Of a stretch of DNA of 64,000 bases, positions 36,368 through 47,610 are shown one piece after another. This DNA is from Opitutia bacterium UBA3534 (GTDB lineage: Bacteria; Verrucomicrobiota; Verrucomicrobiia; Opitutales; UBA3534): NCBI GenBank assembly GCA_002376875.1, contig DFOT01000003.1, positions 37,191 to 101,190 of the forward strand, in the 5' to 3' direction. Each line of letters begins with the position of its first letter. Position 1 is the first letter of the stretch. The notes beneath the pieces are model-generated. The model saw only the letters and a program-made list of their open reading frames with translations, ran no database searches and had not been told where the DNA came from. Made by a program: the position numbers and the translations under genes.

Positions 36368-38125
36368 ATGCGGTCTATTTTTGAGAAGCTAGACTTAATG
36401 GATAAGCGTGAAATCGCAGCTATTTTGGATGAAATCGGTGTCTTCTTAGAGCTGAAGGGAGAAAACCCCTTTAAAGTACGGGCCTACCAATCAGCCGCAC
36501 GTATACTCGATCGCCTAGAAGATGATTTAGGGGAGCTTATTAAAGCCAAGCAATTACGCTCTATCAAAGGTATAGGCGCAGCTTTAGCGGATAATATAGA
36601 AACACTTCATCAAGAGGGGAGTCTTCCTTTTTATGAAGAGCTTAAGGCCTCGATTGAGCCTGGTCTGATCGAGATGCTGACGATCCCTGGCTTAGGGCCG
36701 AAAAAAGTAAAAGCTGTTTATGGCAAGCTTGGGCTGACGAGTATTGATCAATTACGTCTTGCTTGTGAAGAAGGGAAAGTAGCAGCCTTACCAGGCTTTG
36801 GGAAGCAATCCCAAGCAAAAATTTTAAGTGGCATAGAACACCGCGAGCTTTATAACCAGAGGCATCTTTGGTGGAATGCCTTTGCTATAGCTGAGCCTAT
36901 TCTGGAAGGCTTGCGTAAGCTTAAGCAAACTGAAAAAGCAGAACACGCCGGGAGTTTAAGGCGCTGCCTAGAAACAGTAGGGGACCTAGACTTTTTAGTA
37001 GCCTCAGAAGATCCGGACCCAATCATGCATTGGTTCACTCACCAAGAGGGCGTGGCAGAAGTGACTGCTTTAGGGCAGACAAAATCAAGCATCCGCCTAG
37101 AAAGCGGCTTACAAGCAGACTTACGCGTAGTTCCGCTTAAGCAATTCTACTTTGCTTTACACCATTTTACGGGCTCTAAGGATCATAATGTGATGATGCG
37201 CCAGCGTGCTTTATCGATGGGATATAGTTTAAGTGAGTGGGGGCTGACCCCCGAGGAAGGAGGCCGCAAGGTAACTACCATTAAGAGTGAAGCAGCCCTG
37301 TTTAAAAAATTAGGGCTAAACTACATCCCTCCTGAGCTGCGTGAGGGTACCGCAGAGATTGCTGCTGCAGAAAAAGGAACTTTGCCTGAATTAGTTCAAG
37401 AAGAAGATATCCGTGGTGTGTTTCATAATCACACTACCGCTTCAGATGGCCGTCATACATTAGAAGAGATGGTTGCTGCGGCCCAGGATTTAGGCTGGGA
37501 GTACCTTGGTATATCAGATCATTCTAAAAGCAGCGTGCAAGCTAATGGCTTAAATGAAGAGCGTGTCCTCAGGCAAATTGAAGCTATCGAGAAACTCAAT
37601 CAATCTAAGCAGTTTAAAACCTATGTATTCTCTGGGATAGAGTGCGATATTCTTAAGGATGGAGATTTAGATTTGGATCAATCAGTTCTAGAAGCGCTGG
37701 ATTACGTTGTGATTTCGATCCACTCTGGGTTTACCCAGGATGAGGAGGCGATGACCCGCCGGATTATCAAGGCGATTGAGCACCCTTGCTCAACGATGCT
37801 TGGTCACCCTACGGGACGCTTACTCTTGGAGCGGGAACCCTATGCTGTTAATATGCAAAAAGTTATTGATGCAGCCATTGCTAACAAAGTGATGATTGAG
37901 ATTAATGCAAACCCACGGCGCTTAGATATGGATTGGCGTTTGTGGCATAAAGCGGCTGAAAAAGGCCTGATGACTTGTATTAACCCAGATGCTCATGCTG
38001 CTGAACGACTTATATATTATAAGGCAGGGGTTCAGGTCGCGCGGAAAGGGTGGTTGACAAAGGAGTCTGTATTTAATACTAATAACTTGAAATCTGTTAA
38101 AAACTATTTATTGTCTACTTCCTAA
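36368..38125 (+). CDS. polX: Family X DNA polymerase with a C-terminal PHP domain (PolX)
   Basis: N-terminal HhH/Pol-beta-like region ([15 protein letters not shown]...[16 protein letters not shown]) and PHP region ([13 protein letters not shown]...GISDHS). Alternative starts are at 36362 and 36398. Confidence 0.85.
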   Translation: MRSIFEKLDLMDKREIAAILDEIGVFLELKGENPFKVRAYQSAARILDRLEDDLGELIKAKQLRSIKGIGAALADNIETLHQEGSLPFYEELKASIEPGLIEMLTIPGLGPKKVKAVYGKLGLTSIDQLRLACEEGKVAALPGFGKQSQAKILSGIEHRELYNQRHLWWNAFAIAEPILEGLRKLKQTEKAEHAGSLRRCLETVGDLDFLVASEDPDPIMHWFTHQEGVAEVTALGQTKSSIRLESGLQADLRVVPLKQFYFALHHFTGSKDHNVMMRQRALSMGYSLSEWGLTPEEGGRKVTTIKSEAALFKKLGLNYIPPELREGTAEIAAAEKGTLPELVQEEDIRGVFHNHTTASDGRHTLEEMVAAAQDLGWEYLGISDHSKSSVQANGLNEERVLRQIEAIEKLNQSKQFKTYVFSGIECDILKDGDLDLDQSVLEALDYVVISIHSGFTQDEEAMTRRIIKAIEHPCSTMLGHPTGRLLLEREPYAVNMQKVIDAAIANKVMIEINANPRRLDMDWRLWHKAAEKGLMTCINPDAHAAERLIYYKAGVQVARKGWLTKESVFNTNNLKSVKNYLLSTS

Positions 38126-38148
38126 TCTTTTCTTAGCGTTGTAGCCCT

Positions 38149-39540
38149 ATGTCTATGAATATCTGTTGTATAGGGGCCGGTTATGTTGGTGGGCCCACCA
38201 TGGCGATGATCGCTTTCAAAAATCCAGACGTGCGTGTCACGGTTGTGGATATTAATGAAGAGCGCATAAACCAATGGAACTCAGACACTTTACCTATTTT
38301 TGAGCCAGGCTTGGACGAGATTGTTAAGGAAGTTCGCGGAAAGAATCTCTTCTTTAGCACAGAGGTTGATGAGAGAATTCAAGACTCTGATATTATCTTT
38401 GTTTCTGTGAATACCCCAACAAAAACATATGGGGTAGGTCATGGGTTTGCTGCTGACCTTCAATATGTAGAGCGTTGTGCACGCCGTATTGGGGAGTTGG
38501 CAACAGGAGATACTGTTGTGGTGGAGAAGTCTACCGTGCCTGTTTGTACGGCTGAATCTGTGCGGAAGATTTTAGAAAGCTATCCGCATAAGGCAAACTT
38601 CCAGGTGCTTTCTAATCCAGAATTTTTGGCAGAGGGGACTGCGGTACAAGATTTATTAAACCCTGATCGAGTCCTCATTGGTGGAGAGCCTAGCCCAGAA
38701 GGCGATAAAGCCGTTCAGAAACTAGCCGATGTTTATGCCTCTTGGGTGCCTAAAGAAAAAATCATCACAACGAACCTGTGGTCTTCAGAGCTTTCTAAAT
38801 TAGCGGCTAATGCCTTTTTGGCCCAACGTATTTCCTCAATCAATACGATTTCAGCACTATGTGAACAAACAGGGGCTGATGTGGATGAAGTGGCTGAAGC
38901 CATTGGTCTCGATACACGTATTGGTCCTAAGTTCCTTAAAAGTTCTGTAGGATTCGGGGGGTCTTGCTTCCAAAAAGATATCCTTAACTTGGTCTATTTG
39001 TGCGAGAGCTTTGGTTTGCATGAAGTTGCTCAGTACTGGCATCAGGTCGTTATTATGAATGACTACCAAAAAGAGCGCTTCGGTCAACGCATTGTGAAAG
39101 CGCTCTTTGATACCGTCTCAGACAAGAAGATTGCAGTGCTTGGGTTTGCCTTTAAGAAGGATACTAACGATACCCGTGAGTCTCCTGCAATCGATATTTG
39201 TAAGGACTTGCTTGCTGAACATGCAAGCTTAGCAATTCATGACCCGCGTGTGTCTCAAGAGCAGCTGCTTAAAGATCTTGAGATGGAGAACGGTACAGCT
39301 GACCAAATCTCTTTACATGATGATCCTTATGAAGCAGCGAAGGGTGCTCATGCTATTGCTTTGCTGACTGATTGGGATTCCTTTAAAGACCTAGACTACT
39401 CTAAGATTTATGAGTCTATGGCTAAACCTGCGTTTTTCTTTGATGGTCGTAATCTTTTGGATCTCGAAGAATTGCGTAAAATTGGATTCGAGGCCTTTGG
39501 TATCGGGAAAGGCACAAAAAAGAAAGTGGCAGTATCGTGA
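38149..39540 (+). CDS. ugd: UDP-glucose 6-dehydrogenase
   Basis: 463 aa. N-terminal Rossmann motif [13 protein letters not shown] and catalytic-Cys region [10 protein letters not shown]. Confidence 0.9.
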   Translation: MSMNICCIGAGYVGGPTMAMIAFKNPDVRVTVVDINEERINQWNSDTLPIFEPGLDEIVKEVRGKNLFFSTEVDERIQDSDIIFVSVNTPTKTYGVGHGFAADLQYVERCARRIGELATGDTVVVEKSTVPVCTAESVRKILESYPHKANFQVLSNPEFLAEGTAVQDLLNPDRVLIGGEPSPEGDKAVQKLADVYASWVPKEKIITTNLWSSELSKLAANAFLAQRISSINTISALCEQTGADVDEVAEAIGLDTRIGPKFLKSSVGFGGSCFQKDILNLVYLCESFGLHEVAQYWHQVVIMNDYQKERFGQRIVKALFDTVSDKKIAVLGFAFKKDTNDTRESPAIDICKDLLAEHASLAIHDPRVSQEQLLKDLEMENGTADQISLHDDPYEAAKGAHAIALLTDWDSFKDLDYSKIYESMAKPAFFFDGRNLLDLEELRKIGFEAFGIGKGTKKKVAVS

Positions 39541-40286
39541 AGTGTTCTGTAGTCATTCCTGCCCGTTTGGGCTCAACACGTTTACCACGTAAAGTCTTAG
39601 CTGACTTAGGGGGTAAGCCCGTTCTTTGGCATACTTGGAATCAAGTGATGGCAATGGATAAGCTTGATGAGGTTGTTGTGGCTACAGATGATGCAGAGAT
39701 TTTAGAAGTTGCCCAAGCTTGGGGGGCTAAGGTTGTCATGACAGACCCTGCCTGTACTTGTGGGACTGAGCGCATTGCTTCTATCCTAGATACTTTGCAA
39801 GGGGACTTGATTTTAAACGTTCAGGCAGACGAGGTGTTCATCAACCCTAAGCTTCTGGACGCTTTAGTTGAAGAAGGAAGCCTTGGGAAGGCGGATATCG
39901 TAACGCCTGTATTCCAGATCGAGAGGACCGAAGAGCTCTTTAATCCTAATTTAGTTAAGGCAGTGCTTAATAAGCAAGGTCAGGCGCTTTACTTCTCGCG
40001 CAGTACGGTTCCTCATGTGCGTGGTGAAGCTCCAGAAAGCTGGATCTCCCAGCATTGTTTCTATGGCCATGTAGGTGTTTATGCTTATCAGCGCAAAGTT
40101 TTAAAGGATTACGCAAAACTGCCTTCGAGTGTTCTAGAATCTATGGAGCGTTTAGAACAGCTCCGTTTTTTAGAGTCGGGCTACCGTATCCAAACCATTC
40201 CTACTGACTACCATTCTATTGCAATAGATACTCAGCAAGATCTAGAGCAAGCAAGCCGTTTAATCACTCCTTCTGTTGTCTCATGA
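39537..40286 (+). CDS. kdsB: 3-deoxy-manno-octulosonate cytidylyltransferase (CMP-Kdo synthetase)
   Basis: 249 aa with a GTG start overlapping the ugd stop by 4 nt. KdsB-like sequence [23 protein letters not shown]...NVQADE. Confidence 0.9.
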   Translation: MKCSVVIPARLGSTRLPRKVLADLGGKPVLWHTWNQVMAMDKLDEVVVATDDAEILEVAQAWGAKVVMTDPACTCGTERIASILDTLQGDLILNVQADEVFINPKLLDALVEEGSLGKADIVTPVFQIERTEELFNPNLVKAVLNKQGQALYFSRSTVPHVRGEAPESWISQHCFYGHVGVYAYQRKVLKDYAKLPSSVLESMERLEQLRFLESGYRIQTIPTDYHSIAIDTQQDLEQASRLITPSVVS

Positions 40287-41272
40287 CTATTCAAGAAACT
40301 GCCACAAGCGAAAGTATAGAAACTGCACGTAAAGTGCTAACGACCGCATCTAGCGCTCTAGAGGCTGCGAGCTATCGTCTTGATGAAAACATAGAGAAGG
40401 CAGTGTCGCTTATATTGAATCATAAAGGTAAGGTGTTGATTACAGGTGTAGGAAAGTCAGGCCATATCGGGCAAAAGATAGCCTCTACTTTATGTAGTAC
40501 AGGAACACCTGCCGTGTTCCTGCACGCAACCGAAGCAGTGCATGGTGATCTCGGGGTTTATCACCCAGGGGACCCTACTATCCTTATTTCGAATAGTGGG
40601 GCTACTTCTGAGCTAGTTCGCTTGATTCCTACACTTCGCCAATTTGACTCTCCACTCATTGCTTTAGTAGGCCGTACGGATTCTCCGATCGCACAACGTT
40701 CTGATGTTGTTCTAGATGCTTCTATTTCAAAAGAGGCAGATCCTTTAGGCATTGTTCCAACAACAAGTGCTTTAGTGGCTCTAGCCTTTGGGGATGCCCT
40801 GGCTTGTGCTTTAATGCAACAGCGCCGGTTTAATGCAAATGACTTTGCTTCGTTCCATCCTGCAGGCCAATTAGGGCGTAACTTACTCTACACTGTAGGG
40901 GATGTTATGCATAAGCGAGACTCAGTCGCTTGTGTCTCTTTAGAGACCTCTATGCGTGATGCAGTCATTGCTATGACAGAACGTCCTCAAGGTGCTGCCT
41001 GTGTTGTAGATGCAGATGGAGGGCTCCTCGGGATCGTAACAGATGGAGACGTAAGGCGTACCCTTCAACATCATGATGAAATTAAGCCGCTTACGGTTGC
41101 AGACATTATGACGAAAGACCCTATTTCGGTGGATCCTAGTCTTTCTTTGGGAGATGCTCTCAGTGTAATGGAGGAGCGTTCTTCACAGATTAGCGTACTC
41201 CCTGTGGTGGATGCTAGCTCTAAGAACTTCTTAGGGTTGATTCGAATACACGATATACACCAGCCTCACTAA
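40283..41272 (+). CDS. kdsD: Arabinose-5-phosphate isomerase (KdsD/KpsF; SIS domain plus tandem CBS)
   Basis: 329 aa. SIS motif GVGKSGHIGQKIASTL plus a C-terminal CBS pair. 4-nt overlap with kdsB. Confidence 0.9.
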   Translation: MTIQETATSESIETARKVLTTASSALEAASYRLDENIEKAVSLILNHKGKVLITGVGKSGHIGQKIASTLCSTGTPAVFLHATEAVHGDLGVYHPGDPTILISNSGATSELVRLIPTLRQFDSPLIALVGRTDSPIAQRSDVVLDASISKEADPLGIVPTTSALVALAFGDALACALMQQRRFNANDFASFHPAGQLGRNLLYTVGDVMHKRDSVACVSLETSMRDAVIAMTERPQGAACVVDADGGLLGIVTDGDVRRTLQHHDEIKPLTVADIMTKDPISVDPSLSLGDALSVMEERSSQISVLPVVDASSKNFLGLIRIHDIHQPH

Positions 41273-41314
41273 GGGCCAGGATCTTCAACAAGACCTAATA
41301 AAACACCAACCACC

Positions 41315-42076
41315 ATGCGCTTTAAAATTCTAGGGAGCAGTAGCTCCGGAAATGCAGCTTTACTCTGTACAGATGAATGCAAGGTCCTGATTGATGCAGG
41401 CTTTTCAGCACGTAAGCTTAAACAATTATTAGAGCGTGAAGGAGAGTCTTTAGATTCCATTGATGCTGTCTTTTTAACGCATGAACATTCAGACCATACA
41501 ACTGGGCTGACAGGCTTATCTAAGTACGAGCACCTGACTTTTTTTGCTAATGAAGATACCGCCTCGGTACTGCAAGAGCGTTTGAAGCGGCCTATGAATT
41601 GGAAGCTTTTTGAAACAGGGAGTACCTTTGCTTTTCGTGATTTGAATATTCATAGTTTTTCAATCCCTCATGATGCCCATGACCCTGTGGGTTATATTTT
41701 TGAGGGGACAGGAACAAGTAAGAGGCGTGTGGCCTGGGTGACCGATTTGGGTTATATCCCTCAGTACATTCACGCTAAAATTCGAGATGTCGAAATTTTG
41801 GTGATTGAGTGTAATTATGATAATGAATTACTTGAGAATGATGAGCGACGCCCGTGGTCTGTAAAGCAGCGTATTCGTGGGCGGCACGGGCATTTACCTA
41901 ACGAGGCTGTTTGGGAGTTTATCAGCCAGATGGAGAACCCAGCCTGGGAGGAGGTCTATTTAGCTCATTTGAGTGCTCATTGTAATCGGGTAGAGCTTGT
42001 AGAGTCTCTTTTTGCTCCATTAAGAGAAAAGGATATCAAGTTTACGATTAAAGTTGTGGATCCTGCTTTAGTCTAA
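41315..42076 (+). CDS. MBL-fold metallo-hydrolase
   Basis: 253 aa. Metallo-beta-lactamase motif LTHEHSDH, with downstream His/Asp ligand candidates. Confidence 0.8.
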   Translation: MRFKILGSSSSGNAALLCTDECKVLIDAGFSARKLKQLLEREGESLDSIDAVFLTHEHSDHTTGLTGLSKYEHLTFFANEDTASVLQERLKRPMNWKLFETGSTFAFRDLNIHSFSIPHDAHDPVGYIFEGTGTSKRRVAWVTDLGYIPQYIHAKIRDVEILVIECNYDNELLENDERRPWSVKQRIRGRHGHLPNEAVWEFISQMENPAWEEVYLAHLSAHCNRVELVESLFAPLREKDIKFTIKVVDPALV

Positions 42077-42183
42077 AATACCTTTATCAATTCTTGCAAT
42101 TATCTGAGAGTCCTAGCACAATTCCTGCTCTTTATTTGATGTCTTTTGAGTGAATTTCTCTTCTCAAAATAAAGACGAGAATT

Positions 42184-43623
42184 ATGTCTTACGAATATAG
42201 CCAAACAAAAATCGTTTTTACTTTGGGTCCGGCAACGGATAGCGAAGAGATGATGGAGCAGCTCGTGCGTCGTGGTGTCGATGTATGCCGCCTAAATATG
42301 GCTCATGGTACTCATGAGTGGGTGCGTGAGAGCATCAGCCGTTTGCGGTCTGTGTGCGATCGTTTAGGGCGCCAGGTAGCCATCATGATGGACGTCAAAG
42401 GCCCCGAGATTCGTACGGGTGCGGTAGACGAGCCGTTCATGTTAACTAAAGGCGAGCGGATTGACCTTGTCATTAGTGAAGAGGTTTTGCAAAAACGTAC
42501 TACAGATGTGCGCGCAGTGACGGTTAATTACCCTGGCTTAGTGAATGATATTCATGAAGGGGACACCGTTTTGGTGGACAGTGGGCTTATTCGTTTTAAA
42601 GTCCTCGCCGTAACAGAAGACACGATCGAATGTGAAGTGTTAATCCCCGGGGAACTAGGGAGCCGCCGTCACATTAACCTTCCAGGAGTTACGGTTAATC
42701 TTCCAGCACTCACCGAGAAGGATAAAAAAGATATTTTAGTAGGCGTTGAAGGCGGCATTGTTTACTTTGCGCTTTCTTTTGTGCGTCAAGGCAAAGATAT
42801 CCAAGAGATGCGCGAGTATCTAAGAGTTAATGGATCTGATGCCAAAATTATCGCAAAGATTGAGGACCAGTCAGGGATTTATAATTTAAATGAAATCATT
42901 GAAGAGTCTGATGGACTCATGGTTGCACGCGGTGACTTAGGGATTGAGTGCCCTTATCAAACCTTGCCTCTGATTCAACGCCAAATGATCAAGATGTGTA
43001 TCCGTCATGCAAAGCCAGTGATTGTGGCCACACACATGTTAGAGTCGATGATCTCTGCACCTGTTCCGACACGTGCTGAGGTGAGCGATATTGCCACAGC
43101 TATTTTTGATAAGACCGATGCTGTCATGCTCTCCGGAGAGACCACCGTAGGGAAGTATCCTTTGGAATGTGTCGATGTAATGCGTAACATTGCTTTGGAG
43201 GTAGAGAGTAATGCAGCACCTGGTTACGACCATAGTATTCCCTTGCTCGATCTTAAGTCTAAGCTTTTGCGCTCCGCGGTTGTTCTTGCTCAGGAGTTAG
43301 ACAATTCGGCTATCCTTCTTTTTACTCGTCACGGGTCTTCCGCACAGATTATTGCAAGTCTGCGGCCTTCGCATTGCCCGATCTATGCCTTTACCGATCG
43401 TGAGGATACTTTTAGGCGCTTGCTCCTTTCTTGGGGGATAGCGCCCTTTATGCTCAGAGACTTGAATGCCTCCCCCGAGGAAACCATGGAGGCTGCGATG
43501 AAAAGCCTAAGGCGTACTGCTTGGGTTAAGCCTGGCGATAATGTAGTGGCTATCACCCACCTGTCACACGAAGCAGGTATTATCGACTCTATTCAAGTGC
43601 GCGAGGTTCCTGAAACGGTTTAG
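42184..43623 (+). CDS. pyk: Pyruvate kinase
   Basis: 479 aa. Motifs MDVKGPEIRTG, MVARGDLGIE and MLSGETTVGKYP. Confidence 0.95.
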   Translation: MSYEYSQTKIVFTLGPATDSEEMMEQLVRRGVDVCRLNMAHGTHEWVRESISRLRSVCDRLGRQVAIMMDVKGPEIRTGAVDEPFMLTKGERIDLVISEEVLQKRTTDVRAVTVNYPGLVNDIHEGDTVLVDSGLIRFKVLAVTEDTIECEVLIPGELGSRRHINLPGVTVNLPALTEKDKKDILVGVEGGIVYFALSFVRQGKDIQEMREYLRVNGSDAKIIAKIEDQSGIYNLNEIIEESDGLMVARGDLGIECPYQTLPLIQRQMIKMCIRHAKPVIVATHMLESMISAPVPTRAEVSDIATAIFDKTDAVMLSGETTVGKYPLECVDVMRNIALEVESNAAPGYDHSIPLLDLKSKLLRSAVVLAQELDNSAILLFTRHGSSAQIIASLRPSHCPIYAFTDREDTFRRLLLSWGIAPFMLRDLNASPEETMEAAMKSLRRTAWVKPGDNVVAITHLSHEAGIIDSIQVREVPETV

Positions 43624-43631
43624 GGGGACGG

Positions 43632-44720
43632 CTACCCAAGGCACTGTATTGCCATCTCACGTAGGACAGCTTCTTGCTCTGTAGGGCGTTTGAGTACTGT
43701 TTCAAAGGCTTGAACAAAAGCCATTTGGAAGCTGATTAACTTGCGCAAAGATAGAGACTCTGCCGCTTTGCCTAGCTTTCCTAGGTACCACAAGTTTTGA
43801 GTGAAGATATTGAAAGTACTTTTAGCATCAAGGCCTCCAAAGTGGTCTTGGTAAGTGCCAGCAGCCATTTCAAATGAGGATTTATCAATCCCACGGAAGC
43901 CTAGCTGGATCGCTCGGGCATCTAGCAAAACCCGTAGTTGTAGCATAAGACGGTTTCGGTTTTGTAAGCTTGCAAGGAGTGGGCGGCTCTCTTTTTGAGA
44001 GAAAAAGTGTTTTTTAAGCGCGGTGAGTGTCCAGTTTAAGTCGAGGCTGTAGAAGGCTTCAACAGCTTCAAAAAAGTCATTATCTCCAAAATCAGGTACT
44101 AGTTCATAGACGAGCTCTTCGGTGATTTCTCCACCTTCAGGGCCTAAGTAGGTAGCTAGTTTTTTAAGTTCCTCTAAAACAAGTCGTGTATGATTGCCCA
44201 CTTTTGCTTTTAAGGTTTCAAGGGTGCTATCACTGATGCGGATTTTGTGTTCCTTGCAGATTTCTCTAGCCAAGGCGTTGAGTTCGCTTTGGTCTCCCGT
44301 GTTTTCAATGAAGGTGTAGTCGCTATTCTTTTGGAGCCATTTGAAGCTCTTAGTTCTACGGTCTATAGGGGAGGCTGTTAGGATGACTTCTACGGAACTA
44401 GGATCAACGCTCTCCAATATCGCTTGGAGGCTTTCAACTTTTTCTTTCGTTCCAGCCGAACGCCCTGTCACGCTATCGCTCAAAAAGGTAATGCCTTTAA
44501 GCCAAACTACTTTCTTCTCGGCAAATAAAGAGAGGGTTTGTACAGCGCTTTGGAACTGGTTGATGATCTTTTCAACTTCACTGGTGTTTTGAGCCGCACC
44601 ACTGATGACTTCTTTGGAAAGGTCATCCTGCAGGGCCTCACTTTTTTGATCAAAAAGGGTCTTTCCTTTTTTATTTACAAGAAAGTCGTCACTTCCACAG
44701 ATGAAGGTGAAATTTGCCAT
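43632..44720 (-). CDS. holA: DNA polymerase III delta subunit (HolA-like)
   Basis: 362 aa. The length and helical clamp-loader-delta-like layout fit (FICGSDDFLVNKKGKTLF..., C-terminal helical domain). Motif support is modest. Confidence 0.6.
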   Translation of the reverse strand: MANFTFICGSDDFLVNKKGKTLFDQKSEALQDDLSKEVISGAAQNTSEVEKIINQFQSAVQTLSLFAEKKVVWLKGITFLSDSVTGRSAGTKEKVESLQAILESVDPSSVEVILTASPIDRRTKSFKWLQKNSDYTFIENTGDQSELNALAREICKEHKIRISDSTLETLKAKVGNHTRLVLEELKKLATYLGPEGGEITEELVYELVPDFGDNDFFEAVEAFYSLDLNWTLTALKKHFFSQKESRPLLASLQNRNRLMLQLRVLLDARAIQLGFRGIDKSSFEMAAGTYQDHFGGLDAKSTFNIFTQNLWYLGKLGKAAESLSLRKLISFQMAFVQAFETVLKRPTEQEAVLREMAIQCLG

Positions 44721-44725
44721 AATAA

Positions 44726-46015
44726 TTAAGCTCCGGGTATACTCGTTGAAATATCAGCGCTTTTATAGTGTTTAAGCTTTCGGCGTATCCAGTCTAAGGC
44801 GGTATAGACAGCACGTTCTTTGACGATTAGGCGATCTCCAGGGAAGACTACTTTGCGTGAGTATGCTCCTTCAGGAGAATGGAAGCCAAGGTAGACGGTT
44901 CCCACAGGGTCTTTTTCTGTGCCTCCCTCCGGGCCCGCAAAGCCAGTAGAGCTTAGAGCGTAATCAGCCGAGAAGCATTCAGCTACTCCTGTAGCCATAG
45001 CTAAAGCAGTTTCTTCGCTTACGGCGCCATGTTGCTCTAGAATAGCTTCAGGGATATGTAGCAGTTCTACTTTAGCGTCGTTACTGTAGGCAATGATGCT
45101 GCCTGAGAATACTTGAGAGGCTCCTGGTAGATCTGTAAACTCGTTAGAGAGGAGTCCTCCGGTGCAAGACTCTGCAATCGCGAGGGTTTTTCCTGCTGCT
45201 TTGAGGTCGTCCAGTACCACTTTAGCTAGGGAGTCGTTACCAAAGGTAAAGAAGTCTTCACCTAAAGCTTCCCGGCAAGCTTCGCCGGCTTCTAGTAAGG
45301 TCTTCTGGGGTACACTTGCATGCTTTAAGCTCAAACGTACATCCACAATTCCTAAATGCGCGCAAAAGGCTAGATCGATGTCGGGGAACTGTTCAAGTGC
45401 GGGCTTCACGCGCTCTTCAATGCGGGTTTCTCCTACGCCGGTAGTCCGTAATTGCAGGACCATTTCTTCGGGCTCTAAAACCCCTTCTGCTTTTAGTCGG
45501 GGTAAAACTTCTTGCTCAAACATAGGGCGTAGTTCAGACGTAGGCCCAGGGAGCATGATCAAGATCTTATCCTGGTGTTTCAGGAAAATTCCAGGTGCGG
45601 TTCCAAAATTCGAGCGATTAGGCAGTGTTTCTGAGCCTTCGAGCTTGTAGCACTGCTTGACGAGGCTCTCGGGTATAGGAGAGCGTACCTTTTCAAAAAG
45701 TTTGGTAATCGCTTTTTCTGCCTCAGGGTCAAAGATAAGTTTTAGCCCAAGTGCTTCGGCAAGCGCTTCCCGGGTATTGTCATCTACTGTAGAGCCGAGG
45801 CCTCCTGTTGTGATTACAATGTCGGCACGCTCCCAGCTTTGCTGGAAGCTGCGTTGGATTTCTTCAATATTATCGCGGATGATCTCATTATGGATGAGGG
45901 TTAGGCCATGGCGCTTAAGCATCCGCCCCAAGTAGACAAGGTGTTCGTTTGATTTTAGCCCTAGGAGCAGTTCGTCTCCTAAATTTAAAAGCTCAACTTT
46001 TTTATGAGAAATCAT
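44726..46015 (-). CDS. cinA: CinA family protein (MoCF-binding domain plus PncC-like nicotinamide-nucleotide amidase)
   Basis: 429 aa. N-terminus ELLNLGDELLLG...ADIVITTGGLGSTVDDNT and C-terminus TLAIAESCTGGLL...GTVYLG. Confidence 0.85.
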   Translation of the reverse strand: MISHKKVELLNLGDELLLGLKSNEHLVYLGRMLKRHGLTLIHNEIIRDNIEEIQRSFQQSWERADIVITTGGLGSTVDDNTREALAEALGLKLIFDPEAEKAITKLFEKVRSPIPESLVKQCYKLEGSETLPNRSNFGTAPGIFLKHQDKILIMLPGPTSELRPMFEQEVLPRLKAEGVLEPEEMVLQLRTTGVGETRIEERVKPALEQFPDIDLAFCAHLGIVDVRLSLKHASVPQKTLLEAGEACREALGEDFFTFGNDSLAKVVLDDLKAAGKTLAIAESCTGGLLSNEFTDLPGASQVFSGSIIAYSNDAKVELLHIPEAILEQHGAVSEETALAMATGVAECFSADYALSSTGFAGPEGGTEKDPVGTVYLGFHSPEGAYSRKVVFPGDRLIVKERAVYTALDWIRRKLKHYKSADISTSIPGA

Positions 46016-46074
46016 TGTTTTTTAACCGCTAGATAATTATTATACTAACCTACAGTAAATCTGAAATACCAGAA

Positions 46075-47553
46075 ATGCCAATACCGCATCCAGCAAAACT
46101 CAAAGAAAAATTGAGAAGGATTCCTCATAAGCCTGGGGTTTACTTGATGCGTGATCGCTTAGGTAATGTCTTATATATCGGTAAGGCTAAGGATCTTAAG
46201 AAGCGAGTGGGTAATTATTTCCAGGCGGGCCGGAAGCGCCAGCTACAACAGCCTAAGGTCTTGGCCATGTTAGACCTTATCGAGGATGTTGAGGTGATTG
46301 AAGTGAAATCAGAGGCTGAAGCTCTTATTCTGGAAGATCGCCTTATCAAAGAGTGGAAGCCCAAATACAATACCTTGCTTGTTGATGATAAGCGCTTTCT
46401 TCTTGTCCGGGTAGATTATGGGAAAGAATTTCCTACATTTCGCTTAGTCCGTACCCGCTCAGATGCTCAATCACACTATTATGGGCCTTTTGTCCAAGGG
46501 GGGACTTTGCGTAAAACCCTCCAGCAGATGCGCTTGAAGTTTGGCATTCTTCTGGGTAATGTGCGCCCTAAAGAGATAGGTAAAGGTCGCTTCCGTTTAT
46601 ATGAAGATGCACGTGCAGAGATTTATGGTCATGCCAATGAACTATCTGCAGCTCAATACCACAAGCGTGTAGAGAGGGCATGTGCCTTCCTTGAGGGAAA
46701 AGCCCAAGAGTGGCTAGACGAGCTCAAAGAGCAAATGCAGGCAGCTTCTAAGGCGCATGAGTACGAGAAGGCAGGCCAACTCAGAGACCTTATAGCTGCC
46801 CTAGAGCGTACGGTAGAGCCCGATCGTAAATTTAAGCATGACCCACGTATTCTTAAGCCAGAGGTTATCAAGCAAGCTTTGAATGAGCTCAAGGCAGCTT
46901 TGGCCTTAAAGAAGCTCCCTCAACAGATAGAGTGTTTCGATATTTCTCATATCTCGGGGACGTTTGTGGTGGCTTCTATGGTTCATTTTAGTGGGGGTAA
47001 ACCCGATCGCTCTAAATACCGTCGTTATAAAATAAGAAGTTTTATTGGTAATGATGATTATCGAGCCATGGAAGAGGTTGTGGGTCGGCGTTACCGGCGA
47101 TTGCACCGGGAAGGGAAGCCATTTCCGGATGTAGTCCTAATTGATGGTGGGCAGGGGCAGGTTAACTCAGCCCTGAAGGCATTTTTAATCCTGGATCTAG
47201 AGCCCCCTGTTTTAGTGGGGCTTGCAAAAAAGGCCGAGACCTTGGTCTTTCCTGACAAACGCCCTGACCTTAATTTACCGGAGGATAGTCTAGCGCTTCA
47301 GTTATTGCAGCGTTTGCGGGACGAGGCCCATCGCTTCTCTAATACGTTTAATGCAGATTTACGAAGCAAACGAATCCGAGAATCTATCTTGGATGAGTGC
47401 CCCGGGCTGGGCCCCAAGCGTAAAGCCCTTGTATTAGCACATTTTAAGGATTTTAAGCATCTCAAGAAGGCAAGTTTGCCAGATTTAGAGGCTGTCCCTG
47501 GTATTGGCCCTAGTTTTGCCAAACAGTTACATGATTTTCTAAGGTCTTGTTAG
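46075..47553 (+). CDS. uvrC: Excinuclease ABC subunit C (compact form)
   Basis: 492 aa. GIY-YIG domain (PGVYLMRDRLGNVLYIGKAKDLKKRV), UVR-like helix (EYEKAGQLRDLIAAL), endonuclease domain (IECFDISHISG) and C-terminal HhH pair. Confidence 0.85.
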   Translation: MPIPHPAKLKEKLRRIPHKPGVYLMRDRLGNVLYIGKAKDLKKRVGNYFQAGRKRQLQQPKVLAMLDLIEDVEVIEVKSEAEALILEDRLIKEWKPKYNTLLVDDKRFLLVRVDYGKEFPTFRLVRTRSDAQSHYYGPFVQGGTLRKTLQQMRLKFGILLGNVRPKEIGKGRFRLYEDARAEIYGHANELSAAQYHKRVERACAFLEGKAQEWLDELKEQMQAASKAHEYEKAGQLRDLIAALERTVEPDRKFKHDPRILKPEVIKQALNELKAALALKKLPQQIECFDISHISGTFVVASMVHFSGGKPDRSKYRRYKIRSFIGNDDYRAMEEVVGRRYRRLHREGKPFPDVVLIDGGQGQVNSALKAFLILDLEPPVLVGLAKKAETLVFPDKRPDLNLPEDSLALQLLQRLRDEAHRFSNTFNADLRSKRIRESILDECPGLGPKRKALVLAHFKDFKHLKKASLPDLEAVPGIGPSFAKQLHDFLRSC

Positions 47554-47610
47554 GTAATTGGTTTGTGAAAATCCTGTATTAAACTCTTGCCTGGGTAGGG
47601 CTAGGGAGGC

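Noticed and set aside
47554-47610. Possible purine riboswitch in front of the purine permease gene
   Set aside because: The intergenic leader is only 57 nt and shows no purine-aptamer-like three-way junction. It is too short for an aptamer plus expression platform.
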